Shown here: piece by piece, positions 22,637-35,412 of the stretch
Layout of the letters: the number at the start of each line of letters is the position of its first letter
How positions within the stretch are numbered: the stretch's first letter is position 1
Source: Psilocybe cubensis
Lineage: Eukaryota
Direction: 5' to 3'
NCBI GenBank assembly: GCA_017499595.2
Contig: CM039004.1
Span: 2,046,001-2,110,000, forward strand
Length of the DNA: 64,000 nt
Notes under the pieces: model-generated
The model's input: the letters and a program-made list of their open reading frames with translations, nothing else
Told to the model about the DNA's origin: nothing
The model's database searches: none
Made by a program: the position numbers and the translations under genes

Positions 22637-22849
22637 CTGGGCATGGAATATGTTGGTTAGAGGCACAGAAGGTAAAAATGATGCATACCGCTCAGTATAT
22701 CAAGGTGAATCTGGAGACGGTGTACTGTTTTTATGCACATATATTAAGGGAATAATATCCAATATTTTGACTTTGTTTTGGCTAGTTAGAAACTTCACAA
22801 CAGCTTAAATATGGCAAGAACCACGTGGATTGGCTTCATTTGAAGAGCA

Positions 22850-23660
22850 ATTTGGGTTGTAGAATACAATCTTTAGAAAGTCTTCAACCAAATCAAAACT
22901 AGAGTTTTGTAAAAAATGCTCCATGCATGCAAACTTGGCATCAAGTTTCTTCTGATTACTTTGACAAGATTAAGCTAATCAAGGTTGGCTTGACATTACT
23001 GGCTCATTGAATGGAGATAGAAGGTCAGTTTCTTAGTGTATTTCCGGTAGACAGTCATGTTCTTGACCCAAATCTGCATGGAATCTAAGAGAAGTGTGGG
23101 GTGATAGCGGTGGATTGGAAAGAAATGCAGAAACATAGGCTGGGATTTTTGGGATCTTAGGGATTGGCTTTAATTTCTTGAATAATTGTATAATTTTGAA
23201 GTGTGTTTCTACTAATATTGAATTATTATCAGTTTATATTGTATAGAGTGCCAATACATAGGATGAATATAAGAAAAATGCATCAAAAGCTCCAGACACG
23301 TTTGGTCTTAATAATGCAACACAGTTTTAAAGTCTGCACTTTACATAATCATTTTTCTTTCCTGGTTTGGGGGTACAATAAGCACAGAACTACATCTAGC
23401 TCAGGCTGCCAGGTAAAGGTGTTAAAGGAGTCGGAGATAAAAGATGGGTTGAGTAGTATAAAGAATATCTACCCAAAAGTGTCTGTCTACCAAACACAAT
23501 GCTTGACAGGTGGGATCTGGCTCTGCACATTTGGGGAATGAATGGAGGTGATTCTGCTCTGGGGCCTTGATACAGACTGGTTGATTACAATTGGGAGAGT
23601 AGTAGATTATACCATCTTGTAAGAAGACAGAGCCCTTGGACCAGTCAAAGGTAGGCATAG
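22850..23660 (-). pseudogene. Possible decayed gene of unknown function
   Basis: ORF 23658-23422 (LQDGIIYYSPNCNQPV) reads as protein-like; surrounding frames are broken. Boundaries approximate. Confidence 0.3.
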
Positions 23661-23929
23661 TCTGTTGTATGTAGAGTTAGAAATCAAGTATACCTCAATA
23701 TTGTAGGATATATACAGGTGGCATTATGGACAGTTAAGAGAGCAGAAATTCCACTTTGATTTCAAACATTGGTGTATACTGCCCTGGCAATAAGCCTGGG
23801 TAGTGAAGAAGAACTAATAATGCAAGAATGTGTTAAGATTATCACACATGTTGGAGTTAGAAATTGCCATCAAGCAGAATTTAAATTTGGGTAGGGTTTC
23901 ATTTGTTGGCTCTGTTTACTTTTGCACCA

Positions 23930-24400
23930 CTATTACCCTTCAACCTATAGAAATACCTGGGGATTTGTTGGGTAGCAGCCTGCTGACCACGGTAATTCCA
24001 TAGTCTGTAGGCTGGTCCAGTTGGTGCTCACACTCTTCAACCCACGGAAATACTTAGGAGTTTATTGGGTGTGGCTGCTTGACTATGGTAATTCTGTAGT
24101 TTGGCAGTTGTTTGTCTTGGTGTTTACACACTACTACTACCCTTCAACCCACAGAGATACCTAAGAGTTTGTTGGGTGGCAGCCTGCTAATTACAGTGAT
24201 TCCGTAGTTTGTGGGCTGCTCCTATTGCTGCTATAGACTACCAGCCCCCTTCAATCCACGGAGATACCTGGAGGTTCATTTGGTATGTATGTATATACCA
24301 CTTCTTGTCATTAAAAGCCCTTGCCATAAACTTTAACACATAGATATACCTGGGACTTCTTGGGTGGCTGCCTCTTGGCTATAATAATTCCGTAGTTTGA
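23930..24400. repeat. Degenerate tandem repeat, about five units of roughly 100 bp
   Basis: Core cttcaacccacggaRatacctggRRRttYRttgggtggcWgcctgctgacYaYggtaattccgtagtt recurs near 23936, 24033, 24140, 24247 and 24330. Confidence 0.75.
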
Positions 24401-25249
24401 AGAACTCTGGGACCTCTGCACTGGATTGACTCCTCCATCCAAAGGGACCTTGTCAGGCTATATGATTTTGGCTATTTTTATTCTCTGACAGCTTGCTATT
24501 GATGGCAATTGTGCCTGCTTTGCCTACTAGTTATGGCAATGGCACAGAATAGCACAGACATTTGTATTTTTTTAGGTGTCTATTACATAACTACTGGGCT
24601 TGTTATATGAGGAAAGGAGTTTTTTCATCCTTTTTCATCCCTTATCACTATTACCCATCACCATGCTCACCCTAATCCAGCTTGAAAAAGCCCTTACTGC
24701 TATTAAGACCAACAAAAAACTCGAATAAGCCTTAATTCTCCCCCATCCCCATGTGTGTTTACCACTAACATTATTTGTAGATGCCCCAAACTAGCAGACA
24801 CTATAAAGAGTGCGAGATGGATTCACCAGTCTATCAAACCATTTTTGAACATAAAAAACACTATCCAAGAGGGTTTTGAGTTTCTAGCCAACAATGTAAC
24901 GGATGGTATGATCCAACAACAAATATTAGAGTAAATATATGCACCATTTTTTTCTGGTTTATTTATTTATGCATATATTAGATTACAATCCAAGCTCTGG
25001 TCCTTCTATGAGATGCAAGACTTGATGCTAGATCTTAGAAAGTTGCCTCTTCTCTCTTCTTATATACTAACACCCCAATTTCCCGTCTTTCCCCATCTCA
25101 ACAAGCAAGCTGCGTTTTGCACCCAGCCCCTGCCGCCCATCCGTCATGCCTGGTCTACCCTCATGGCATGCATGACACATCACATAGAGCAGTTTAAATA
25201 TAGTGTACTTTACCTAATATTAAATGTTGATCATATTATGTAATGTACA

Positions 25250-26170
25250 GATTGAGTTAGCGTGACTGACTAGCTAGGATATTGACGTGATACACGGGCT
25301 AGCTAGACTGCCTATGTGATAGTATAGGCAATGGGCCATTTAGTGCTAAATGGGCTGGCTCCTTTCCATCACGGACATGTACATTCCGGAAACCTAGCCC
25401 CTCGGGGAATGTGCATGTCCGGAAAATGAATTTTCCAGAAACATTTTCCAGGTTTGCAATAAATTTTTAAACATGCAAATTGTATCATTTCAATATATAT
25501 TAGAAAGTGTATAAACTTATTGTCATTGTATTATAATGATGTTTTGGCTTGCAAAATAGACTTTTAAGGAGGAATTATCTGGGTGCTATTATATAGTCTT
25601 TGGACTGCAACTTTTGGACTGTTGTGTAATTTTTGGTAGACAAATGATCTAGATACAATTGAGAAGACTTCAAAAATAAATTGTATCTTTGTTAATTTTT
25701 GAGCATTTTCTATCAAGTAAAATATACTCCAGAGGATACTTTATCCAGGCTCTACCATGGAGGTCTCGGATCCGGTGCATTCCGGTTTTTTTTTGGAATT
25801 TTTTAGTAGAAAAATCATCCGGAAAGCTCTGTACAGTTTATAGTATGCAAAATACAACATGTATTTCAATCAATCGTTAATTGTTTTTATCATATAAACT
25901 ATATCTTGGCGTAAGATTCTTCCAGATTCTAACATACATTCCTTGGACTGTGCCTTCCGGGCTGTTTGTAATTTCTTGGTAGAAGAATTTTCCGGGTACA
26001 CTGTATAATAGTCAAAACACAAGGTAATTGTATTAAATTTTGACTGTTTTCAATCATATAAAAAATACTTTGGAGGAAGATTTTTCCGGATTCTGGCACA
26101 CTATTCTTGGACTGTGCCTTTCAGGCTGTTTGTAATTTTTTGGTGGAAAGCTTTTCTGGAAAATTTACTA
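25250..26170. mobile_element. Probable terminus and subterminal region of an unclassified DNA element
   Basis: Near-palindrome ccatttagtgctaaatgg at about 25336, motif aggatattgacgtgatacacgg at 25276 related to 8173-8193, then dispersed TCCGGA/TTCCGG words and repeated cttggactgtgcctt units. Confidence 0.4.
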
Positions 26171-27658
26171 TTTTTCAAAGTCTATATACTAGAAGGATCA
26201 GACCTCTACTCTAATTGTACTTAACATTATTATCTGTGCTTCTTTGTAAGATTGCCTAAAAATACCCCAATTAAGGCTTACCATCATATAGTCAAGCTTT
26301 ATTATTCTATCTTGAGTCTATTAATAGTGCTCATCTAATTGATTTTGTGGTTTTGAAAGCATTTCTGGTCTGTTTTCTTTAATTTTTTGTGATAAACCTA
26401 TATTATTAAGATGTCCAAGTTTGAATCAGCCATTAAAATTGCAATATCTATATTTATTCCTACACAATTAAACAAACAATATTCTAGCCAAAAGGCATAT
26501 CTTAAATAGCACCCTCCAGTGATTGGTGTAAACATTTCTAACCCTGCCATTATTTTTCATTTATAGTGAATAAAGGCCTTGCCAAGTTTCAGCCTATTTG
26601 AATCATTGGAACCTACTAAATTGTCATGCTCTGTACCCTGCCTCTACCACCACCGCCCTCTCTGGCTCCACAATGCATGTTGTGCTTTCTGCCTTAATGA
26701 TGCTGCAGCCCACCCAACATGCCCACAATATGCATGCCACTGTATGTTGTACTTTGTACTCTGCCTTCACTGGCATCTTCACTCTGTGTGTCATGCTCTC
26801 TACCCTAACAACAATACTAACACCCATTCTATCCACCCTAACAGCACTGCAGCCGCCCTTTTCCAACATGCAGTGCTATACATATTGTGTTTTTGTTCCC
26901 AATAATGCCGCAGCCCACCACAACATGTCTACAATATGTATGCTACTGCATATCGTGATCTCTGCCTGGACAATAATACCATTGCCTCCTTTCTGCCCAC
27001 CCCAACAGTGCTATAGCCATCCTCTCCTGACACGCTATCATACCCCAATCCTGATTGGAGATGAGATGTTCATTTTGGATCTACACACAACGCCCTCAAC
27101 CCAAGCAGTCATTCTTTCCATAAGTCATCCACACATCTTATCTTATCAACACTTGTCACATGGGAGCCACGTTATTCCGGATCATTTCACTTTGTCGGAT
27201 CATCAAGGCTATGCGACGGATCAGTCAACCATCAAACTGCACAGCTTTCTACACTGCCTTGCACAGCCGGACTGTCAACTCTATTTTTATCAATTCAATG
27301 GTCTTACTCAGCGTCAGGCTGCGGATTACTCATTCCAACTTATTTTTGGTTTGTCTTACTCATTCTTTTGTGTTTATTTATATCTTTTCTATTGTCTGTT
27401 GCACTTTTATTGTCTTTGTCTTACCAATCTTCTATGCTTTCTAACTCATCCTTGCTTCTTTTATCTAATCTGTATTACCATTCACCTTTGTCATACACTT
27501 CTTTCTTACTCATCCTATTCATTTCTTATCTGTTGTCGTGTCAATATTGACATGTCTTATTGTTCTTGCTTATTGTTACACTTGCGTAGCCTCATTCTTG
27601 ACACTTTGTACAGTATATGACTCGGTTTTCAGTAGCTCAGATTGGTATTTTGTTCACG

Positions 27659-27697
<39 letters not shown>

Positions 27698-27945
27698 TTT
27701 TGTGTTAGAGCCTCTGAGGGGGGGACCCCTCCCTTGGCTTGGTTCTACCTAACTACCTACTATGCTCCTTTAGCGTTGGTGGCTTTCCTTGGCCTACTTC
27801 TGCACTATGGAGGGCCCTCACGTCCCTCCACCTAGCCCAGTCGTCCTAGACTGTTTGAAGTAGCGCTTCCGGCCTGATAGGCTCTCTCCCTCTCATTCCT
27901 GGGTCTTGTATTGACTCTTTTGTTTTTTGTGTTGGGTCTTTGCCT

Positions 27946-30900
27946 TTAGTTACAGCTCTCCTCGTCTTCTTCCGTCCCTTTTCGTAGTAAATCCTCCTTG
28001 TAGGGTTTTAGTCGTTTAGTCTTCGCAATGTATCGTAGTAGCGCCTTAACGTGATCTTGTTTTGTCGTGAGTTCCTCTATGCTCGTGCATTGTTCGCCTA
28101 GCTCTTCCCAGAGTTCTCGCCTTTGCCTTCTGTACCTTTTGCATTCGAATATGAAGTGCTCAACCGTTTCTACTGCCTTCCGCCCGCCTCTCCTTTCATA
28201 GCACTTTGGGCAATATTCCGTCTGGTTTTTGGTGAACTTACTGAGGTGGCTGTTTAGTGGGATATGTCGTGTCCGCAGCTGTATCAGCACGCTAGCCTGG
28301 GTCCTGTTGAGTTTCTTGATGGCTCTTCTGTACCTGGTGAAGGGGAATTCGGTGTCTATTGACGCAAATGCTTGTTTCCGTTTCGACGAGTTCCAGCGGT
28401 CCCTCCAGATGGTCATCAATTCTTCTTGGTACGCTTGCTTCTCGGCAGACGCACTGCGCTTCATCGTTTGTTTTAGGGGGGTGGGTAGTTCATCATCGGG
28501 GGAGGAGTCTCCCTCAGCCGCTCGTTTCGCTTCTTCGTCCGCTCGTTCGTTCCCCAGTACATTGGAGTGTCCGGATATCCAGTGCAGCGTGATGTTTCCC
28601 TGCAAGGTGCGGAAAGCTGCGTCAATGTCCATCATAATACATTGTCCTGACTTAGCTTTGGGTTGTCTTAGATTCTGTAGTAGCGACTGATTGTCGCTGA
28701 ACACGTCAATCACGTTGCGATGCGTTGTCGCCTCGTTCTCGATGAGCTTGGAGGCCAGCAGGCCTCCTACAGCCTCCGCCTCGTAGGTGTTGTGGTCCTC
28801 GTTGGTGCCCAGATACTTACGCAGGACTTTCCCGTGTCTGTCTTGACGTGTTCTGAACAAAACGGCTGCCCCTCCGGTTCCCTGATTGTGGCTGGATCCG
28901 TCCGTGTATACCCTTATGTCCGCCTTACTTCCCTTTTCGTATTGCATCGAGTCTTCCCTGGAGTTCGCGATTACGATTTTGAAGGGTGGTCGGTAGTTAG
29001 CTGGGTATGGCAAGGGTAGTATCGTCTCGATGGTGCTTGGCTTAAAGTCGAAGATGCGCAGGAGGTTGTTGATCGGAGCTTTGTGTCGTTTTGCTGGTCG
29101 GGTTTCTGCCCTCGCAATCGCGCGATGCAGTGGGTGCGTACTTGGTAGTGTGGCCATCCGAACGAGGGCCCTGTGGCATGCTTTGAGCAGCGCCAGCTCC
29201 AGTGGGAGGACGCCCGCATGGGCGTCCAGCAGCTCCGTAGGAGTCGATCTCATCGCACCTGTAATGGTCAGCGTAGCCTTCCTTTGTATAGAGGTCATCC
29301 TCTTGAGTGCTGCTATTGATCCCACGTTGTTTTTGTACCCGATTGGCTTTGTCGGTGGTGTATACCAGACGTCTATCCCATAGGTGAGTCTCGGTAGGAC
29401 GGTTGCGATGTACAGCTGCCGGAGTAGGTAGGGGTGTATGCCCGTTGTGGGTTTTGCCAGTCGTCTGAAATTGTTGACACAGGCTGTTGCGCGTTCTGTG
29501 GCCCTCTGTAGGTGTGTCTTCCACTTCAGCTGACAGTCTAGGTGAAAACCTAGACATTTAAAGTCTCGGACCAGTGGTACTAGCTCTCCGTTAACTTCTA
29601 GTCGGGGGTGTTCGACGGAGTCGGGATTGCGAGGATCGAGATGCATCACCGCTTGCTTCGCTGGTGCGAATTTTGAGTTGTGACTATCGCTCCAAGTGAG
29701 AGCTCCGTTCTCCTTATGAATTAAGATACTCAGCTTGTCTGTGGTTTTGTCGAAGTCCTTCCCCGTTGCTACCAGAGTCACGTCGTCCACGTATCCGATG
29801 GCGTCTTCTCCGTTGCTGCGGTTGACTATCTCGAGAAGGTCAGCATTGTAGATGATATACAGAATCATCGACAACGGGTCGCCTTGGCCGATCCCGTTGT
29901 CTATCTTTATCAGCTCCGATACGAAGTCGTCAAACTTCAGCTTGGTCTTCCTGTCTCTGAGCAATTTGCGGATAAATTTGATGTAGACCTCCGGTATTCG
30001 ACGTTTTCTCAGATTGTGCAGAAGGCGGTCCGTCACAGCGTTTGGGAAGGCTCCCTCAACGTCGAGGAATAGCATTGAGACTACTCTGCCTTTTCTCCAG
30101 GCCGTCTTTACCTTGTCTGCCATGTAGTGCATGGCATCCGCCGTGGTGCGACCTGGCCTTCCTCCAAAGTGTGTGTTTGGGAGGAGGTTGTGCTCCTCCA
30201 CCAGGTGACTGATCCGTTCTGCAACTATGGCCGTGAGGACTTTGGGTAGCGTGTTCAGCAGGGCAATCGGCCTGTACGCTTTCGCTGTCTTGTAATCGGG
30301 CTTGCCTCGTTTTTTGAGCACGACCGTTATGGAGTGTTTCCACGGTTCTGGGTAGTGACCCGTCTTGAGAATTGCATTGTAAATTGAGTGTAGGCGGTTG
30401 ATTATGAGCGGCGTCGTTTTTTGGAGGACCACGTTGGGTATCTCGTCGATACCGCAGGCTTTGTATGGTGATAGGCGTTCCAGTTGTCGTTGAATTTGCT
30501 GGCGCGTTACATACCCACTGTCTTGTATCGCCTCCGGATATTTGTATCTCTGTGGCACCGAAGAGCAGTCTGGCTTCTTTGGGAAAAAGGTATGTGCAAA
30601 CAACTTAGCTTTTTCTTCGTTTGACGTTATGTCTTCCCTCTCGTCGTACTCGTTGGTTATCGTCAGCGAGGGTATTCTGGGTCTGCCCCCGTCGCCTATA
30701 GGCCTCTTGAAGTACCAATTTGCCGTCCATATGTCGGTGCCTTCGGCTTTGAGAAGCCATTCGCTCCAGTGGTTGCGTTTCATGTCCAGAACCAGTCTGG
30801 CAAAGACTCTTTTTGCGGCTTTGAATTCGAGGTGGCAGGGGTGATCTGGGAGTGCACGGAACCTGTGGTGCAGGCTACCCATCCTGTTTTTATACCTTTT

Positions 30901-31905
30901 TGCTTCCTCCACTTCGCTGGTCCACCATCACTTTGCCTCCGGGAGAGGTTTGCGTAGCTTGACCTCTTCCCCGATGGTGTCCTGCAAGGCTTTGGTCAGT
31001 AATAAAACTTCCCTGTCAATCTCTTGTCCTGTGTTAAGCACCAGCGTCCCGTCGGTGGTTGCTAGCCGTTTTTCTAGTGACTTGTTGAAACGCTCCCAGT
31101 TGGTTGTGCGGAAATTTCTTTCCAGAACAACTTCTGCAGTCTTGCATTTGGCATCGATTTCGATAGTGATAGGGTAGTGGTCGGTGTTCGCCGGGCGGTT
31201 TTTGTAGTCCACGTCGCACTTAACAACATGTTCGAGCAGCGCCTCTGAAAGAAAAACGTTATCTGGTCTCGACATCTTTTTTGTTACCATATGTTCCAGG
31301 GTCGGCAGGCCCTTTGGTAATGCCATAGACAGTCCGTGTTCTTCAACAAACTCGATTAACCGATCAGCTTTGGATAGTGCCTGAGGTGTGAATAGCCTGT
31401 CATCCTTGTCGCGGTCCCACATTGGGTGGTGCTGATTAAAGTCGCCCGCCCAGATCTGGTACGTGTTTGGCCCTCGCATTTGTCTTTGGTGGCCGTCCAG
31501 GTAATTCCGAAGCGGTTGAAGTGTCCTCCCGACGCGGCCTGGGTGGTAGATGTTGAAGATATAGATAGTCCCCCTCGCGCACTCGAGCTTTATTGCAGTG
31601 ATATCGTTCGACTCTGGGAGCGTCACCTCGCACCAATGGCTTGTGTTCAGTCGTTTGTTGACCCATATGCCTGATCTTGTGGTAGCTGCGCCTGCGCGCC
31701 CAACAGGGTATATAGGGCGGAAGTGGGCACTGGTTCTTATGTTTCCAAAGTGTGTGATGTGGGGTTCCTGAATGAGTACAATGTCGTACTCGTTACCCAG
31801 GTTTGCGTTTACTAGTTCGAGGTGCGCCACTTCGGATTTATTCAGGTTTATCTGCAGGATTTTTATTCGGTGGATATACTGCTCAGGATCACAATTTCTA
31901 CTCAC
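27946..31905 (-). pseudogene. LINE ORF2: AP endonuclease, reverse transcriptase, RNase H, C-terminal cysteine motif; one nonsense codon
   Basis: LIQEP, AGDFNQHH, TDHYPI; YRPIALL, FLDVEGAF, QGDPLS, YVDD; YTDGS, WISGH, GNERAD; C-x2-C...HFIFEC. A single TGA at 30930-30928 lies between two same-frame ORFs. Confidence 0.95.
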
Positions 31906-31908
31906 CTT

Positions 31909-34003
31909 TTAGTCGTCGTCCTCTTCCCCTTGGCTTGCCCTCGACAGGTCCGCCTTGGATGAGCTGGGCTGCTGAGTAGTTTTGGGCTCCGGGCTTTGCT
32001 CGGGTGTCTTCAGCGTTGGCCCGCTCGATTTCGCGGGTGGTTCGACCGTCCAGCGTGGAGACTGACCCCTCGGCAGAGTCTTCTTCTGGAAAGTCGCCGG
32101 CGCTGCGCTAGTATCCATGCTCCATGTCCAAGGCTCATCTGTCGGGATGAATGGCAGCTTGTTCTCGGGTGTACGCTCGTCTTTTTCGGCTATCTTCTTG
32201 ATGAAGACTGGGCAGGCTCTGTCGTAGCTGGGGTGGTCATCGGCATTGCAAGACACGCAGTGGGTCTTCGTTTTCTCGCAGTCCGGTGTGCGATGGCCTC
32301 CCTTTTCGCCACAGTGGCCACAGACGTCGTGTTTTGAGGTGCATTCTTTTGCAAAGTGGTTGTAACCCTGGCATTTGAGACACCGGATAGGATCAGTTTT
32401 GCATTTCTGTACTCTCACCCTTTTGTTTGCCATGTACATGCCTATGGCTATCAGTCTGTTGGCCTCGCTGGCGTCGTTGACTGTGAGTATCACATGCGCG
32501 CTTTTCTGACCTACCGCTCGTCTCGATACTTTCTTGGCCCATCGCATCGAGACAATTGTGCCCTCGTCGACTCTGTTGGATTCTTCGACTTCCCTGAGGA
32601 AGTCCGCATCTGTCAGGGTTTCTCCAGTTTCCCCTCTTTATCTTCACAGAATTATCTTATCCTTTCATTATCTTATCAATTATCTGATTAGATAGTTTAT
32701 TTCTTTTATCACAGCCTTCTTGCTCCACTTTCTTCTAGTAAATTCTCTATGATTCCTAGTCTTACTCATCCTTTTTCTATATGATGTCACTTTTATTCTT
32801 TAACCTTCCTTTATGATGTAATGTAGGGAATATTCTAGAATAGCTGTAGAGTATAAATACTGGACTTGTAGGTAGCTGTAGCTTCAGCTTCAATCTCTTA
32901 GGATATCCACTATCATTGGTGTGATCTCTTAGAACCATTGAATCTCTCTCATTCTCTTATTCTCTCTTTGCTCTCTTACTCTCCCTCTGCTCTCTCTCTC
33001 TCTCTCTCTTGCTTAATCTTTGTTGGTGGCCTTGTCACACTGATTATAGTGTTGCCCTGACAGCATCTTTGGGTTCGGCAGTGATTGGGACACCCAGTGC
33101 TATCAACTCGTAAGTCCGTTTCTTTGTGGTGACATCGTCTCCGATGCGCTTGCACAAGTTGTTTCGGTTCTCTTCCACACGCATCCACGCGGCGCCAAAA
33201 TCCGAGTCGAATTCTATGAGGAGTCCCCCGTTTCTCTGCTTAATCGCTGACCTGATTCGTACAGAGCCCTCCGGTTCAAGCGACTGGAGTATTTTGTTGA
33301 CCGCGTCTTTCGCCTCTTTGTCGCCCATAGAGCTGATCTTTGCTTCTTTGTTTATACCTTCTAACATGGTCTGACGAGCTCGGATACCGTGACGCGCTAG
33401 CATCCTAGGGTTCGTAGCCATGTTAGCCTGTACCAAGATTTGGTTGACAATCGAGAGCCCCTTCGAGAGAGCTTGACTATACGAAGGTCCATTGCCTGAG
33501 GGTTGTTGCGGGGTCACTGCGCTAGCCGATTTGATTAGATTAGATGTCGCCTTGTTGATTTCGTCGAGTTTTTGGTCCACCTTGTCCTGCGCGTGCTGGA
33601 CCAGCGCTTTGATTTCGTTCGTGAAGGTTGCCAGTTCCTCTCCGAAGCCGTCGTGGTAAGTTTGGGTCGCCATTGGGATTTCCATGTCTTTGAGCATGAA
33701 GGCCAAGCCCCTCATAGCTTGGATCACGATGGGCGGGGTCTTATTCGACATCTGCGCAATCTGAAAAAGACACGCGGCGGCCCGGTGCGTCGTGAGGCCC
33801 TGTCCTGCTGGCACGAGCAGCTGGTGTTCCTCCAGGATTGCCCGTCCTCCCTTCGCGTTCTGGATCTGCTGAAGGTCTTCATTGACTACTGTTCCCTTGC
33901 TCCTGGTTGTTCTGTCGGCTGAGGCAGTGTCATTCTGACCCGGAGTGGGAGGGTTTCCCATGGCTGTCTTTTTGACACGCGCCGTGCCGGAATTGACGTT
34001 CAT
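31909..34003 (-). pseudogene. LINE ORF1 (gag-like, three CCHC-type knuckles), 545 aa after removing the inserted solo LTR
   Basis: Removing 32611-33062 and one GCATC restores ...TAEPKDADFLREVEESN...; CLKCQGYNHFAKEC, CGHCGEKGGHRTPDC, CVSCNADDHPSYDRAC. Confidence 0.92.
32611..33062 (+). mobile_element. 452 bp solo LTR inserted in LINE ORF1
   Basis: Termini TGTCAGGG...CCCTGACA, 5 bp TSD GCATC (32606-32610 and 33063-33067), TATAAA at about 32851, CT-rich 3' part. Confidence 0.9.
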
Positions 34004-35340
34004 TGACGAGATTAATGTGCGTGGGTGATTTTTTAGGTTGGTGGTGGGTTCAGGTACTTTTGGTACGTGTTTTTAGGTGGTTATTTACTCTACTCGATGG
34101 CTAATACGCCCGACAGACTGTTCCTTCACGCTCTAGGTGCGTGGGAAAAGTGCTGGAGGTGGTAGTTGCGGATCAAGGAGCGTCCTCCACGTAGCTTTTA
34201 GTATAAAAGCTGTAGTAGAATTACACGAAATGACAGGAAAGTTACACCCAGTCCCCACTTTCTTCAAAGCAAGTCAATTTTCATCCAAGTCAAGTCAATT
34301 TCAAGTCAATCCACATCGATTCATTTCAATTCCAAGTTCAAGTTCAAGCCAAGCCCAAACCCAAGTCCAATTCAGTCATTAGTTCCACCCTCCGTCGAGA
34401 CCAAGTTTACTTCCATTCATCCAAAGTCATCTCGCTTTCCATTAAGAGAGGATTTCATCTGAGACCAGTCATCCTTCTCATCCAACGCCTCCTCTTCTCA
34501 GCGTTGAATATCCAACTTCTATCCAGACCTCCAGTACTTCCCTACTTCCTCTCCTCCATTCAATCCGTCACCGCTCCTACTCCTTCTACACCTTCCAACC
34601 ATTGCCGTTAGGAGTGTATTCAAGACATCCTTTCCCTCCGTCAACTCATCTAGAGTGATTTCATTCGAGACAGACTTAGTCTTTCATCCTCGATTCAGTT
34701 GATACTCCTGCGACGTATAGCTTCATTCCAAGCTTCAGAAAGATTGTCAATTTAAGGACACTTTTGCCTTTACCATTCGCTTATCAAGATTCAGCCATTC
34801 AACGACATTCCAACTCCTAGTCATCTCCTCATCTCCCCTCGGAACGTTCCCCACTCACTTCAGACAACCCCTCTAAGATTCACATTTATTGATTTTTCAT
34901 ACGCATTCTACGTATCTTCTTCACGCATTCCATATACACCCGCCATCCAATTCCACGGTTCCATCCCATTTTCGGAAGGCTTATTTACTATCGTACCCAG
35001 ACTACCCGGTTATCCTCTTCTTACTATTTCGCTTTTGTTACCCTTCACAATCCACACTATCCTAATCTACTTAAATCCTAGGCAGCGTCCTCCCTTAAGA
35101 AACTTAGGAGAAGGTTTTGTCCTATCCAGTCTGGACTACTCTTTCCCTGGGGTTTGTGTTTGTTGGATTACATATAGTTTATAACCAATCACAAACTTCG
35201 ATCTTCATCTGGAGCCCACCGCGAGGGAGGGTTAATTAGGATTTTGTATTAGGAACACAGCAATCTACCACTTTATCACTTCCATTCCATCCATTTCGAC
35301 TCTTTTTCTTTACAGGTTATTTCGCTTTGCTGGTCTATTC

Positions 35341-35383
35341 TCTAGGCAACTCTAGGCAACTCTAGGCAACAATTCTAGGCAAC
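35341..35383 (+). repeat. Four copies of TCTAGGCAAC in the Gypsy leader
   Basis: tctaggcaac three times in tandem, aat, then a fourth; mirrored at about 17880-17922. Confidence 0.85.
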
Positions 35384-35412
35384 ACTTTCTGACTCTGTAA
35401 CTGGTTTACGCT

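Larger units (their letters stand above)
27667..34187 (-). mobile_element. Full-length fungal LINE (Tad1-like) with poly(A) tail and TSD
   Basis: Poly(T) at 27663-27696 on +; TSD CACGTAGC(TTTT) at 27655-27666 and 34188-34199; ORF1 with zinc knuckles; ORF2 with APE, RT and RNase H. Clade is inferred from architecture only. Confidence 0.95.

Noticed and set aside
23930..24400. CRISPR-like repeat-spacer appearance
   Set aside because: Units are long and degenerate, the context is eukaryotic and no cas gene is present.
27663..27696. Poly(T) run as a sequencing artefact or terminator
   Set aside because: It is the LINE poly(A) tail, bounded by the target duplication.
31900..31908. AAG/GTGAGT splice-donor-like sequence right after the LINE ORF1 stop
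   Set aside because: Splicing here would remove the start of the endonuclease and I found no convincing acceptor; the in-frame reading is simpler.
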